Counted from the stretch's first letter, positions 1 to 16,566 are shown. The stretch: DNA of 64,000 bases from the human T2T-CHM13v2.0 reference genome, Homo sapiens (GCF_009914755.1 NC_060940.1); one strand, 5' to 3'. The notes: generated from the sequence alone by a model not told the origin. Translations and numbers: made by a program.

Positions 1-296
1 ACATGTTGTGAGAGGGACCTGGTAGGAGGTAATTGAATCATGGGTATGGTTTCCCCCACCCTGTTCTCATGGTAGTGAATAAGTCTCCCGAGATCTGATG
101 GTTTTATAAGAGGAAACCCCTTTCGCTTGTTTTTCATTCTTTCTCTGCCACCATATAAAACGTGCCTTTTGCCTCCCATCATGGTTATGAGACCTGCCAG
201 CCACATGGAACTGTGAGTCTATTAAACCTTTCTTTCTTTATAAATTATCCAGTCTCAGGTACATCTGTATCAGCAGCGTGAAAACAGACTAATACA
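1..296 (+). mobile_element. MaLR LTR (THE1/MST family), cut by window start
   Basis: gggacctggtaggaggtaattgaatcatggg ... attaaacctttc ... gactaataca terminus. Confidence 0.9.
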
Positions 297-320
297 GGAG
301 GAGTTGAAGAATGTGACTGA

Positions 321-631
<311 letters not shown>

Positions 632-1439
632 TCATGTCACTGAGGTCACCCAGGTGGTAACTGTGGAGGTGGGATTCAAACCCAGGAAGTCTTTGTTTGA
701 CTCTTAACCTCTAGGCTGTACTGCCTCTTCCAAGCATGCTTCACAGGAAGAAGAAAATACGTCCCTTCTGTGCTCCTCATGCTCAGGGCCTGACACACAG
801 GTAAACGGTGACTTACGAGAGTTATTGCAACAAAACCCTCCACATAACAGGAAAAACCTTGGCCACTGCTAAATGTCATCCTGTGATATATCTCTGCATT
901 GAATTTCCTCCCAATTACTCAGCCTAAGGTATTATCTCGGGGTCCTCAATGAGTCTGCTCCACAGAACCATCAAAATGCTCACGGTTCCAAGCAGTGCCT
1001 CACTTGCCAGCACAGCTGACAGTTATTTTTGTAGGCAAGGGCTTCTGACTCTAGGATGGGTCTCTGCACCTGCCTTTTATATTTGATTCACAGGTTAACT
1101 CTTTTACTAAACGTTGAAAATGAGATGTTAGTCGTACTTTCCTCTTTCATTTATTTTTGGGAAATTTGAGGGTGGTGGTGGGTTGGGGGAGAGGGAGGCA
1201 GGTAAAAAGACGCAGAGCTTCTAAAATGAATGTGGTGTTGAGTTAAATTAGCCTCTGATGGGCCGGAAACCTAAACGACAGATGATGAGAAGCTGCTGGG
1301 CACCCTCAGCAGTGCCATGGACACAGTGGTAACCCAGAGAGTGTAATGAAAAGCACTGAGGTAGATCGGGCTATTGGTCTCATACACCTTCAGTCACCCT
1401 TGAAGCTGGCTTTGGGAAGCTCATCTAAAGAATGCCAGG

Positions 1440-1660
1440 TGTAATCGTGTGGCTAAGAGCTTCAGCTTAGGATTCTAAAAGGCCTGGCTTTGAACCCCAG
1501 CTTGGTGGCTTCCTGGTTATTTAACCTCTCAGATGCTCAAGCTCTTATATAAAAGGGAGAGGAGGAGAGAATATTTTCTGGGGTCACTATGGGACTCAAT
1601 GAGCTCTTACACTGAGGGTACTTATCATCTTGGCTAGGCACAGGATGCACCTTGAATAAC
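1440..1660 (+). mobile_element. MIR fragment
   Basis: Degenerate ctggctttgaacccc...ttatttaacctctc...ttggctaggcacagg MIR core. Confidence 0.55.
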
Positions 1661-1668
1661 TGCAAGCT

Positions 1669-1980
1669 GGCTGGGCACGGTGGCTCATGCCTGGAATCCT
1701 AGCGCTTTTTGGACACAAGTGGGAGGATTACTTGAGCTCGGGAGTTTGAGATGAGCCTAGGCAACATATACCCTATTTCTGCAAAACTGAAGAAAAAAAT
1801 ATAGCCACATAGTTAGGCATGATGGTGCGTGCCTGTAGTCCCAGCTACTCAAATGGCTTAAGGAGAAGGATCTCTGGAGCCCAGGAGTTCGAGGCTGCAG
1901 TGACCTATAGTCGTACCACCACACTCCAGCCTGGGTGACAGAGCAAGACCCTATCTTTAAAAAACTAAAGAAAAAAAAAA
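1669..1980 (+). mobile_element. Alu (AluJ-like)
   Basis: Diverged dimer with gagcccaggagttcgaggctgcagtga, A tail. Confidence 0.95.
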
Positions 1981-3569
1981 TAAGTACAAGCTGCCTGATT
2001 ATTACACTTAAATCTGCTTTCGTCCTACTCTTTTTTAAATCTTTGACTCTGTTTCTTAGATTCCTAGTGAGATCAGAGAGTATACATCTAGGACAAGTTA
2101 AGATAATAGCAAAGTAAATTACAAAGCTTAAACTGGATACCAAACCCTCAATTACCTGTCTAGAGTTTTGTGTATCCTGTAGCTACTTCTCAATCTGACT
2201 GAAAGAGTATAGAGTTGAGAGCATAAGTAAAGGTGCAGACCAGGGATTGGAAACAGATTGAATCTCTGGTGTCAAGTCATATTGATTGTGGCGGCACAGA
2301 ACACCTTGTTGATGAGGAGTCTGAGATTGTGGCATGTGGGTTCTCCCAGAAAGAGTGCATGATTGATTAGTGATGCCTGCCAAGGGTGGAGGAGTGAGAG
2401 CCACAGGGCACCTGCCAGGTATAGTTTAGTTGTTTCTGTCACAGAATCTGGCATCTGAGGAGTAATACAAAGCCACGTGTTGTGTGTTTCAGCCCAAAGA
2501 TGCTTCTGTTCTTAGGGGCATGCCTGTTTTCCTTATGTTTTGGATTTGCAGCTTAACAAGGCACTGGTATTTTCATGGATAGTGCATGGCTTAAAGATAA
2601 TTTAGCAAATAAGAGCTTTATATCAGGCATGGGTAGCTAGCCTTTCCTAGGTGCTCGAGAAGCCTTCTCTGTTGATTACATTATGGTAGCAATTCACATG
2701 ATGTCATCCTCATATAACTAGGGTTATGTTTTGATGCCTTAATTTTAAAAGTGTGATTTGTCTATGATGATATTTGTCATCTCTTTGAAATTTTGTATTA
2801 ATTGGGGCTGAAATGCTTACATTTTAATATCATTATTTATAGCTATTATTTTCATGTGCCACTTATTTTACTTAAAAGAAGCAAGTCTATTCTTTTGTGT
2901 AATTTTTAGCAAACTTCTTTCTTTAAACTCTGAATTAAAATGCATTTAGGAAATGCTTAATCAAGCACAGAGCTATTTTTCAAAGATTGTTCTGTCATCT
3001 CTTCTAAAAAGATGGCAGTGGCTTTTTTGTGATGAGTGGAGTGAACGTTAATTAATTTTTCTTTCTCTTCAGTTGGTGGGTTTTATTATCCCACTTCTTG
3101 ATGTGTGATTGGGTGACTTCACACTTTAGATAGAAAGCATGCCCTATCCAAATGTGATTTATGTTTTCCCAGCACTTTTGCATGGTTCAGCTGAAATTTT
3201 CTTCGTGTTGATCAAGGTCAGAAAACCCAGGGATTATGCCATCCATCTCAGCAAGTAGGTTGCTGGAAAAATTTGTGATGGAACGTGATGCAATAACAAC
3301 AGAATTCAAGGGTGGGGTGGGAAACCATGCCCGTGTGTGTGCGTTTGTCTATCACATGAACACACTCACCCAATTCACTTCTTATATTGTGCTTCTTTTT
3401 ATCAAGTTACAAGGCTTTTTGGGCAATTCTGGGTTAGGATTTATTTTTGCATAAAGCCATAAAAACTGTGTGATCTTTTTACTGTGGCCATCTTAAACTA
3501 ACAGCTATCAGAATTTGCAGATCAACCAGAGGTTTTTCATATTTTCTTTGTTTTTTTCCAGAGTGATTG

Positions 3570-3778
3570 CAGTATGATTGACAAGTAAAAATTATATGTT
3601 TAAGATATACAGCTTGACGTTTTGATTTTCATATACATTATGAAAAAGTCGTTAGAATCAAGTGAATTAACACATCTATCACCTCATATATTGCTATTTT
3701 TTCTTTTGTTTCTTTTCTTTTGCGTGTGTGTTTGAGTGTGGTGAGAACACTTAAGATCTACCCTCTTAGCAAATTTTG
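3570..3778 (-). mobile_element. L1MA-type 3' end fragment
   Basis: tatgattgacaagtaaaaatt ... gtggtgagaacacttaagatctaccctcttagcaaattt. Confidence 0.75.
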
Positions 3779-4110
3779 TATTTCCTTTTCAACTGAAAGG
3801 TTTTCTGGGTGCTTTGGAGGACAGAACCTTCAGAATAGAAAAGGTCCTAAGCTTAAGGACTTCTAGCTTTTGGTTAAGGGAGCACAGTAGAAAAGCAAAT
3901 GCTCACCATGAGCCAGGCAGGCAGATCTGATGGAGCCAGGGAGGTAGACGGCACTTATCATCCTAAGTAACCGACCCATGGTATATGGAGAATCCAGTCA
4001 AAGGAGTAACTTACAAACTTCAAGTCCACCTGTCAAAATAGCACCCTAACTTACAGTAAGGAAAATCTATCTCTGTCTGTCTATCTATCTATCTGTCTAT
4101 CTCTATATAT

Positions 4111-4438
4111 TGAGACAGGGCCTTGCTCTAGTGTCCACGTTGGAGTGCAGTGGTATGATCATGGCTCACTGCAACCTCACCCTCCTGGGCACAAGTAGTT
4201 ATATAGTACCAAGTGGGCATGTTGTACTTACTCAGTGTGATCCTCCTACATCAGCTTCCCAAGTAGCTGGAACCACAGGAGTGCACCGTTATGCCTGGCT
4301 ATGTTTTTTTTTTTAATTTTTGTAGAGACGGGGTTTTCCCTATGTTGTCCAGGCTGGCTTCCAAGTCCGGAGCTCAAGCAGTCCTTCCATCTTGGTCTCC
4401 CAAAATGCTGGGATTACAGGGGTGAGCCACTGCTCCCA
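4111..4438 (-). mobile_element. Alu (AluJ-like) with (TCTA)n-derived tail and ~40-bp internal insert
   Basis: tgagacagggccttgctc ... gtgagccactgctcc; tail replaced by TCTA repeat 4066-4110. Confidence 0.93.
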
Positions 4439-4787
4439 GACAAACATATGTATTTTTAATTTGATCTATTCAGATTGAGTTTTCATGTTGATTGAATTCA
4501 CCAATTCATAAGTTGACAAATCTTAATTTTGCCCCATGACTGGAATGTTTTCATAAAGAAATCATAAAATTAGAAGAGCTAAGGATATAACAGAAAACAT
4601 ACCCCCAAAGAAAGCATAAGTAGACTTAAACACCCGGTAATACCTTTCCTTGATAGTGGTATGAAAATGCAAATTAAAACCATATAATATACCAATCTCT
4701 ATCTACTAAAATTAGCCAGGTTAACATGAAATAAGAATACTACCTTTTCCCATATTGGTGATGTTGCTATAAAACTGGTTTCCTTAT

Positions 4788-5098
<311 letters not shown>

Positions 5099-5665
5099 TT
5101 ACTTGGTATGTTGCAATTTGGTAGAAATCATTTAAAAACCAGAGTACTCATACGTATGAACAACCAGATAATTATTTCTTTTGACCCAATCTTACTCATT
5201 ATTTCTTATTATTCCAGTCGAATGGAAACAAAAGGACACCTGGACTGAGCCACCATTGTTATTTTACTTGCAATGTCAAAATATTGGCAACAACCTAAAT
5301 GCTTAATCTTAAGGTAATGGCTTCTTATGCTCAGCACAGAACATGATAGAGTATTATGCGGCTATTAAAAATGATGAATACACTTGTGTCAGAGGTCCAT
5401 GGAATAGTAATTGATATAATGTTTAATAAAAACACATCTTATAAGATATTTTGACCATGTCTAAAATTTGCATGGAAAAGAGAAATATTCATGTTCATAT
5501 TCAAACATCATTTTATTAATTTGATATTTGAACATTAGAAAGTAAGACATAATAGAAGAATAGGGAAGTCTGTTGGGATGCATCTAGGAAGGAATTTAGG
5601 ACTGAGTTTGGGCAAGTTCCTTAGTCTTTCTGCATCTCAGATTCCTCTTCTGAACCCAATTTGTA

Positions 5666-5897
5666 GTTTTCTATCCCTCACCTGCTCCCCACCCTTTCCG
5701 CCTGAGTCCCCAAAGTCCGTTCTATCATTCTTACGCCTTTGCATCCTCATAGCTTAGCTCCCACTTAGGAGTGAGGACATACGATGTTTGGTTTTCCATT
5801 TCTGAGTTACTTCAATTAGAATAACAGTTTCCAGTCCCATCCAGGTTGCTGTGAATGCCATTAATTCATTCCTTTTTATGACGGAGTAGTATTCCAT
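5666..5897 (-). mobile_element. L1PB-type 3' UTR fragment
   Basis: gagtccccaaagtcc...cctttgcatcctcatagcttagctcccactt...gagtagtattccat. Confidence 0.85.
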
Positions 5898-6397
5898 CGA
5901 ATCAGCGTATCCCAGTAATTATAAGAGTTCATGAAATTTTTGTGTGCCATTTTACATTCACACTGCCTTTTCACACGCCAAGTTGCCTTTAAAAACTGTT
6001 GCGACTACTAAGTAGATAGGATGATAATGCGAAATAACAATATCGAACAGCTGATTTTAAATGGCTTGGTCATATGTTAACTTATGCACTGTACCAAATG
6101 TTTCTGACATTATTTGGAATAGGTGAACCCATCCGATAGTTGTTAATCACATTCGGTTTCAAAGACCGTAGGTCCATCTCACCTAATTATACTGGTATTG
6201 GAGGCTAAGGTAACATTAGCTAGAAATAGATACTTATCTTTTATTTAGTTTCTATTTATGAGCTTTTGGAAATACAAAGGTCATTGAAATATAATCATTT
6301 CTTATAATCCACCACCATAACGCTTAGAGTCCATTGGAGAAATATACATCCAATATAAATATACATCCAATATAAAATAACCATACAAATATTGTGG

Positions 6398-6645
6398 TGG
6401 GGAAGGGTGGCAGGGAGGGAGGAGAGTGAGAGAGAGAAGAGGGAGAAAGAGAGAGAGAAGGAGAGAGAGAAAAGGAAGGACGGATGGATGGAAGGAAGGA
6501 AAAAGAAAAGAAAGAGAAAAGAAAGGAAAGGAAGGAAAGAAGGAAAGAAAAAAGAAAAAGGGAGGGAGGAAGAAAGGAAGGAAGATGGGAGAAAAAAGAA
6601 AAGAAAGAACAGGAGAAAGAAAAGAAAAGAAAAGAAAGAGAAGAA
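6398..6645 (+). repeat. GA-rich polypurine low-complexity tract
   Basis: Almost only G/A for ~250 bp. Confidence 0.95.
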
Positions 6646-7377
6646 ATTCTGTTTATGTGACAGAATCTTAAACAAGCATATAAGACTACTGACTTCAGGT
6701 ACACATGGATCCAGGTCCTGAAATGATTCCATAGGAAACCTCCACCCACCATGATTCCGCTTCTGCTTTTCTGCTTTTCTTGGGTTTGGCTTGCCTTGTG
6801 AAGCAGTGAGGCAGACATCAGCAGTGTTAGTCATACCTTCTACCAATTCACAGTTCTGGTAGAAAGATCGTTTCTCTTCCCAAGTAATCCTAACTTAAGC
6901 CCATTTCTTAGGTGGACCTATCTCTGATGTTATGGGTCACTTGCCCCCTTTCCCAAGAGACCCATTGACTAAACTGAATCCCCCTAGACCCCAGGCAAGG
7001 GCGTGTGGGATGTTGATCAACCTGGTCTGAATTGTACCCCAGTCCCTGAAGTGCTGATATGAAGCCAGTGCAATGCTAACAATATGGAACCACAACAGGG
7101 GAAAGACAGCTCCCTGAAGAAAAACCACAGTGCTTCTTACCAGAGTTGGAATAGAGATTGGTCACGTAAATGCAACACTTGCTTATAGCAGACAGAGGTG
7201 CAATTTCCAGGTGATCAGTGATGTCTACACTTCCCAGGCTCATCATTTTATGGTCTCCATGCTCCTTCCAGAGTAGTCTTCATCCCATCTGTGTCTTCTC
7301 TATCCACTCTCTGATCCCAAAGGTCCCTCATATCCCTGTACGAAGTTGCAAGTACCAGTCATTCAAAAATGTATTGA

Positions 7378-7683
7378 GGCCAGGCGTGGTGGCTCATGCC
7401 TGTAATCCCAGCACTTTGGGAGGCCTAGGTGGGTGGATCACCTGAGGTCAGGAGTTTGAGACCAGCCTGGTCAACATGGCAAAACCGCATCTCTACTAAA
7501 AATACAAAAATTAGTCGGGCCTGGTGGTGCATGCCTGTAATCCCAGCTACTGGGGAAGTTGAGGTAGGAGAATCACCTGAACCCAGGAGGTGGAGGTTGC
7601 AGTGAGTGGAGGTTGTAGTGAGCCTACATTGCGCCACTGCACTCAAGCCTGGGAGACAGAGCGAGACTCCATGTCAAAAAAAT
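7378..7683 (+). mobile_element. Alu (AluS) with 16-bp internal tandem duplication
   Basis: ggaggttgcagtgagt ggaggttgtagtgagc. Confidence 0.97.
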
Positions 7684-8382
7684 ATATAGATATGTATTGA
7701 ACACAAAGTAATGAAATATGGGGCTGACTTGCCGGGGTGGAGGACCAGCTTCATGATGGGTTCTGTGACCCATGTGCCTGGCAGAGAGAAGAGGCTATGG
7801 ACAAAGGCAAGGACAGAAATGTATCATCTGTCATGGAGATAAGTCGCATATTCCTACTCACAAAAAGGCAGGTGTACATTTCTGGACAGAGAATGATAGC
7901 CAAGACAGTGCTAGAGAGAAAAGTAGTTACAGATATTAAGAGAAGAAGCAAACACTTGTTGGAGGAAGTGCCATATTGGGAGGATCCTGAAAGACTGGCC
8001 AGGTGGAATGGATCTGCACACCTCCAGAACAAAGGAAGGAGACTCTAGGAAGGGAGAAACAGTGAGGGAGGAATTACTTCTTTTAGAGACATGTTAAGAG
8101 AATCCTATTTTAGGATTACCCTAGGAAATAAGTAGGAGATTCAGCACTCTCTTGGTTCTAATAGAAACACCATTCACATTGGCTTAAGCTAAGATTGGTA
8201 TTAAGTCCTTGTTGTGGGTTGAATAGAGTCCTCCAGAAAAGATATGTTGAAGTCCTAGCTTTTCCCACCCCCATACCTGTGAATGTAAATTTATTTAGAG
8301 ATAGGGTCTTTGCAGATGTTATCAAGTTAAAATGACGTCATCCTGGATTGGAGCAGTCGTAAAACCAATGACTGGGTTCTTT

Positions 8383-8694
<312 letters not shown>

Positions 8695-8951
8695 GAATGG
8701 GCTCTTATAAGATGGAGACCTGGAGATGTACGAATGTAGACTCACGGGGAAGAAACCATGTGTTGATGGAGGCAGAGACTGGAGAGATGCACATACAAGC
8801 CAAGGAGCACGAGGGGTGCTGGCCACCAGCAGAAGCTACAAGAGGCAAGGAAGGATTCTTTCCTAGAGTCCCCAGAGAAAACAAGACCCTATTAGGACTT
8901 TGATTTCAGACTTCTAGCTTCCAGAACTGGGAGAGAATAAATTACTGTTGT

Positions 8952-9275
<324 letters not shown>

Positions 9276-9617
9276 CATTTCTGTTGTTTTAAGCAACCCA
9301 GGTTGTGGTGATTTGTTGCACCATCCCTAGGGAACTAACATATTTCCATGTCTGAAAATCGAGGGATATCTGGCTTTAGGTATGCCTAAATGTAGGTGCT
9401 CTTGCAAATGTCATCAGAAGTGTATCTGTCCCAATTTCTCATTTTTTTTTTCTTGGAGTTGACTGCAATTAAGGTGGGCTCTTCCCAAGCAGAGCAAACT
9501 GGCCCAGAAGATTATTTCAAGACTTGCATTTGACAAATTTAGTGACAAAGCCCTGGGCTTGGTCAGGCTTGCATCCTGTGTTCATTGCTGAACCAGGCCC
9601 TGCCACAGTAGGCATGG

Positions 9618-9976
9618 TGTGTTAGTCTGTTTTCACACTGCTGATAAAGACGTACCTGAGACTGGGTAATTTGTAAAGAAAAAGAGCTTTAATAGACTCA
9701 CAGTTCCATGTGACTGGGGACGCCTCACAATCATGGCAGAAGGAAAGCATGTGTTACATGGCGGCAGGCAAGAGAGAATGAGAAAACAAGCGAAAGGGCT
9801 TTCCCTTTATGAAACCATCAGATCTTGTGAGATTTACTCACTACCACAAGAACAGTATGGGAAAACCACTGCTACGAATCAATTATCTCCCACCGGGCCC
9901 CTCCCACAACAAATGGGAATAATGGGAGCTACAGTTCACGATGAGATTTGGGTGAGGACCCAGTGAAACCATATCA
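9618..9976 (-). mobile_element. THE1/MST solo LTR
   Basis: tgtgttagtc...ctgctgataaagac...aaccatatca; 5-bp TSD catgg. Confidence 0.92.
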
Positions 9977-10200
9977 CATGGGATGTGGTATTTGTCCAGG
10001 CCTGAGACCCTTGTGAATCTCTGGAACTTTGGACAAGCGTCAGCTTTACGTGGACACCAAGGGCGATGGGAGAGGAGAGGTTCTCAAAAGGAAAAGAGGT
10101 CCTCAAAAGGTTTAAAGGAAAACTGAAGGGAAGTCAACATAGGGGTTTGGGGTTGGGGGTGTTATTATCAGAAGTAGGTAGAAGGATGCTGCCTAGAGGA

Positions 10201-10251
<51 letters not shown>
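10201..10251. repeat. (CA)n microsatellite with CGCG core
   Basis: cacacacacacgcgcgcacaca... Confidence 0.98.
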
Positions 10252-10253
<2 letters not shown>

Positions 10254-10495
10254 CCCTAGGTCAACTAGGATCAGATAGGTAGGCTGGAGAATAGTAGAGG
10301 TGAGTGTTGTAGTTACGGGGAGTTCGGAGGAAGGCCTTCCATGATCAGAAAGGTGTGTGGAGAAAGTGGATAGGGAATAGAGTACTATCCTGCCTTCCAG
10401 TCAATTTTGGGGAGTCATGAGCTGTTTCGTTTTTACAATGGCAGCGCCTGCCCCAGTTGGGTCCTAGCCCAAGGTCAACTCTCAGTAGTAAATAA

Positions 10496-11044
<549 letters not shown>

Positions 11045-12024
11045 GTTAACTCAACTTTCTATGTACAGATCCAAAAGACCAAAAGACTTGAAAAAGAATA
11101 AAAGGCACTTTTAAGTACTAAATGCTTTCTACTTGCAAGACTAACTGCTTTACAAGCATGATTCATTTAATCTGCCTATTTAAAAAAGTAGATAGATACT
11201 TTTTTTCAGATGATGAAATAGAATTCCAAAATATTCAATGAAAGTACCAAGTTCACATAATGAGTAAGTGGCAGGACTACAACTAGAATACAGGTTTTCC
11301 GTGCTCTAGAGACCATAGATAATTTAGCTCCTGTTAGAAGGCACAGAATTAAGGGTGGTCAACACATCTGTCATTCCTTAAGGCCCTTTTGTAACACTGA
11401 ACTGATATATCTCCATAGATACAAACACACATCAAGATGTAAATATATGTGATATGTTTCTATGGAGACTGGAGGCCTATTTTATTAGTCTAAGATCCAT
11501 GGACTTATTGCCCCTAAAAGGCTACCTACATCAAAAGATCCTAAAAAGAAAGTTTTAAACATCCAGCCTAAATTAAGAATTCCATATCAAAAACATCAGG
11601 GAGCTAGGATTAAATAAAAATTAAGCCCGGAAGCAGAGTAATGACTCAGCAGTTCATTAGAGCCTTACATTTTCAATCAAAGATAAAATCTCATTAAAAG
11701 TATATTTTTGATTAGGGAACAAGTTTGGGCTGTTCCAAAGTTGGACGGCTGTATCCATAGACATGTGAGCCATGAAATCCTTTTTTCCTCTTTTGTAACT
11801 TTAAAGATAGTGAGCGATTTATCTTCTGACATCACTATACAAGTTATTAATATAGAGGAAGACTGAACAATGGTGGCAGAGCTTTTTATGTATCTACCAG
11901 TGACTTTTACCCCATAAAATTAAAAGGCCTATTAATATAGGCTCTTCCAATTTTAGGAGCAATTTTTGTTTATTACTAAAGTGATTAATCAGTAAGGAAC
12001 CATAAAGAACATCTAACCTAGTAC

Positions 12025-12590
12025 CGCCTAATAGAAATATAATGTCAAACATATATGTAATGTTACATTTTCTAGTAGCAGCATTAAAAAAGCTGAGAAG
12101 AAACAGCTGAAATTAATTTTACTCATATAATCTATTCATCCTATATAGCCAAAGTATTCTCATCATCTACTTAAATTAAAAGTTTTGTTTTGTTTTGTTG
12201 TGTTGTGTTTGAGACGGAGTCTCGCTCTGTCGCCCAGGCTGGAGTGCAGTGGCACAATCTCGGTTCACTGCAGCCTCTGCCTCGTTGAGTTCAAGCAATT
12301 ATCCAACTTCATCCTCTCAGGTAGCTGGGACTGCAGGCGTGTACCACCACACATGGCTAATTTTTGTGTTTTTAGTAGAGATGGGGTTTCATCATGTTGG
12401 CCAGGCTGGTTTGAACTCCTGACCTCAAGTCATCTACCCAACTCAGCCTCCTAAAGTGCTGGGATTACAGGCATGAGCCGCTGCACCTGGCCAAAAGTTA
12501 TTTATGATATATAATATATTTAGGTGTGTGTATCTGTGTGCGTGTATGGGTCCTAAACCTTCAAAATCTAGTGTGCATTTTACACTTACA
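12025..12590 (+). mobile_element. MER33/MER3 (hAT-Charlie) relic split by an Alu
   Basis: aatagaaatataatg...tttctagtagcagcattaaaaaag ... aaatctagtgtgcattttacacttaca. Confidence 0.75.
12184..12492 (-). mobile_element. Alu (AluS)
   Basis: Reverse-complement Alu, TSD aaaagtt. Confidence 0.97.
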
Positions 12591-14079
12591 AAATAAAGAG
12601 AGTGAAACCAAAGATTTGAGATTTCTCTTTAGAGGTTTTGTGATAACACAAGTGTTTCTATTTTGACAGCGGATTGCATACTAGATTTTTCCTTTTTGCT
12701 TTACCATATGTGGGAAATGACACTTCTAAGACACAAGATACGCAGAACAAATGTAGGGAATCCTTTAAGCTCTGTGTATCTCAGAGTAGATGCTCTGACT
12801 GATTAATTGGAAGGAGTGCTAAGATACCACTGACTTGAAGCTTTGAAAGTTAATCACTTGCCATGAATAGCTGATAAGGCTTGTAACACGGTTCATCCAG
12901 GAGGCTGAGTGAGGCTGGGTAGATGGGTGGTTTATCGCATTGTTTCCAAGTGTAGCATGAATTCCACCCTTCTTACATGAAGCCATTTGGGGTGGCACAT
13001 GGATGTGGCATTCAGTATAATTGAATCATACAGTGAGACTCTAATTTCTTTCTCAAATCCATTTCATTCTTTCAGATGTCAAAGAGATCGACTCTGCGTG
13101 TTGCTATTATATCTCTAACACCTCTCTAACCCTTGCTAATCTTTTTGAACAGAGAGAGAGGGCAAGCAAGCTTTCAACAGACAAAATATCCAGCCAGAAT
13201 TTCACAACTGAGGAACATTGCAGTATTCCACCCATTCAGTCTGAGTCTCCATCTATTTATGGCATATCAGACTGGTTTTCAGTTTTGACGATGACATGAA
13301 ATCGCGTTTTAAAGTTTACTGACACGTAAAAAAGTGAGCTTAAAGAAAAATAATAAGCTAATCATGGTAAAGGTGACTCAAGGAGAAGATAACAATGACG
13401 AGCTTGATATGTGGATGTTCTGATGTTTGGGAAATGCTTGTCTTGCTATATTGGTGATGGAAAGGGGAGACTTCTCCATGCTTGCTGCAGACATCATTGC
13501 AGTGCCTCGTTTCTTGGTCTCACTTTCCTTTCTTTGACCTGGGAAGTTTCCACAAATGATGCTTCATGGTCGCATTCTGGATCACATCTTACAGAGCAAT
13601 GGGGAAACATGTACAGTCATACCCCTCTCTTCTAGGAGGTAGCCCCATTATCTTTTTATGCTAAGAACAAATAGATTGGAAAGGGTCTAACATTTTTTTG
13701 AGCATCTCCTTTGCTCAAAACTTTAAAACACCTGTATAAAGCATAGTCTAAACTAACCACCACACCATACAAGAGTACTTGAGTGAGTTCTTTGAGGAGG
13801 AAATGGATGAGGATGTGGTATTTGTGCATGTAACTTCCCTTCCTTTCTGTTTTCAAGTTCAGTTTGTCCAGTATTAATTCATCAGAGATGCAGAGAAAGG
13901 CTAAACAAACACTGGGACCTTCTACATAAAGCCATAGTTTCTACTTGTTTTTTTTTTTTTTTTCATACTTTTCTGAGCTTTGCCTAATGGTCTCATGGAG
14001 TTCTTTAAAGTAGTGTTTTTATATAATCTGCCTGACAGGCAAGACAGGATGGTTGAAATTTATACTCCCAAATATGACA

Positions 14080-14290
14080 GAGTTCAACCCAGTTCTGCTG
14101 TTTCATAACAGTGTGGTCTTGAGGAAATCTGAAGAGATTGGCAACTTGGAACTTCAGTTTTCTCATCTGTAAAATGGGGTCATAGAAGGACTACCACATA
14201 GGGTTGTGTTTGGGAATGAGAAGAGATAGAATAGCAATTTCGTATGGAGCTGCGCATATATTCAGTAAGTGGTCGAAGTACAATTTTTAC
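14080..14290 (+). mobile_element. MIR
   Basis: cttcagttttctcatctgtaaaatgggg...catagggttgtg. Confidence 0.75.
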
Positions 14291-14295
14291 TATGA

Positions 14296-14618
<323 letters not shown>

Positions 14619-15044
14619 CTCTTTGCTTTTTCTTAGACCTCCTAGCAGATGATTTGACTTGAGTTTTATTCTAAAATAACAATAAAGTTTCAATTTTATA
14701 CTCTTATTTTAGTTTTCCACTATCAAAGTTTACCGCTTAGAGGTAATATTTAATGAGACTTTAATCAGACTTCTGCGGTTCTGATTTACATGTTTGTGTT
14801 TTATCTTTGTAAGGCGGAAAGATGCTAGATGGGCACCTAACTTTGCAAACCATTTTTTAAATAAATGTTGCAATATTAAAAGCTTCTTGGTTAAAACATT
14901 AATGAAGTACCTTTCACTGTTTCAGCTACCATGGTGAGCATAGAATTGAATCAATATTTATACAAAGATTACAATATAAATGCAAATTGAGCTGCATGAT
15001 AATTGGGCCTGAGTAACTTTTAACATAGTTCGTAGAAAACTTCA

Positions 15045-15411
<367 letters not shown>

Positions 15412-16377
15412 TTAAGTCTTTGCTACCTTGGTTAAAAAGTTTGGTATCTTGGTAGCAAATTTTTATCAATTGGTAATATTTGCCTGGCAAGCTGTGTGAA
15501 GAAGAGTTCAGAAGTATAACCAGATTTAGCAGAAGTAGTTCTGTGATCAATTAGTGATGTTGTCCTTGTCTCCAGAAGAGAGGTGTTTTTCATCTCCAAA
15601 CTTTAGTCAGTTGAGAAAATAAAGTAACAATTTGTTGTTAATTTGGCCCGTTAGTTAAAGCCGTAAACAAAGAAATAAGCAATAACATATAATCACAATT
15701 GCCCCCCTCCACAATGGTCATTTAACCAGAAAAAAAAAAAAAAAAATCTTTCTCCAATGAGTAAAATGTTCAAACTTATCTGACGATATTGATAATAATA
15801 TAATTAATAGACATAACCACTCTCTGTAATTCAGTTCTCACGTCTGTAATGTGGAGATAATAGCTACCCTTTCTTTTCAGCCGGGATACTCTAAAGACAA
15901 AGTGAGCTATTTTGAGTGTCAATCCAGTAAATCTTTAGTCTCTTCTGCTATTCTCCAGGAATATGCTTGTGAAAAGTCAAGTATGTCCCTTAAAGTAAGT
16001 TTTGATATTAATATCTTTCTTTTCTGAACCTTTATTTCTTCTTCCAAATCTTGAAGTTATCTCAGAAGGATACACCCTTACTCCTGACTGAGAACTCTTT
16101 GCTCATATCTACTGGATCCAGTTTGTTTTGCCCAATAGAACAAAATGTCACGATTCTTTTAAAGTTCTTCCTGGGCAATAGTGAAGTGCCTGTGCCTTGA
16201 ATGTGTATTGTTTGCCTGTAAATTTCATCATTTGTGCCCAAGGATTAGGGCAATTAAAACAACAACAGCAACGAACAACGCAACAGAGTCAGCGCTTTCA
16301 GCTCCCACTCTCAGATAGGAAGCACACAGCCCTGCCTCCTCTGGAGGGATTGAGCTCTCAGGCGTCGATTTCCCAGC

Positions 16378-16396
16378 TGACCACTAGAGGCGCCCC
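16378..16396 (+). promoter_or_regulatory. CTCF-like motif (imperfect)
   Basis: TGACCACTAGAGGCGCCCC; one G short of canonical CCACTAGAGGGCGC, in a locally CpG-rich stretch. Confidence 0.35.
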
Positions 16397-16566
16397 TTGT
16401 GCTTGTACCGCAGTTGCTGCCATCAGGCTTCGAAGCCGATTGCCCCTTCTTGGGGAAATTGTGAAGACTAAAAAAAAAGTGTTTCATTTTATGGAAAAGG
16501 AAAGTTAGACATTTGTTAAATATTAATGACATTGAATGTGCTTAATGGTTTTGTGGTGATGTAGAA

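Noticed and set aside
6295-6846. Overlapping 81-183 aa K/R/E- or F/L/S-rich ORFs
   Set aside because: Products of the GA low-complexity tract.
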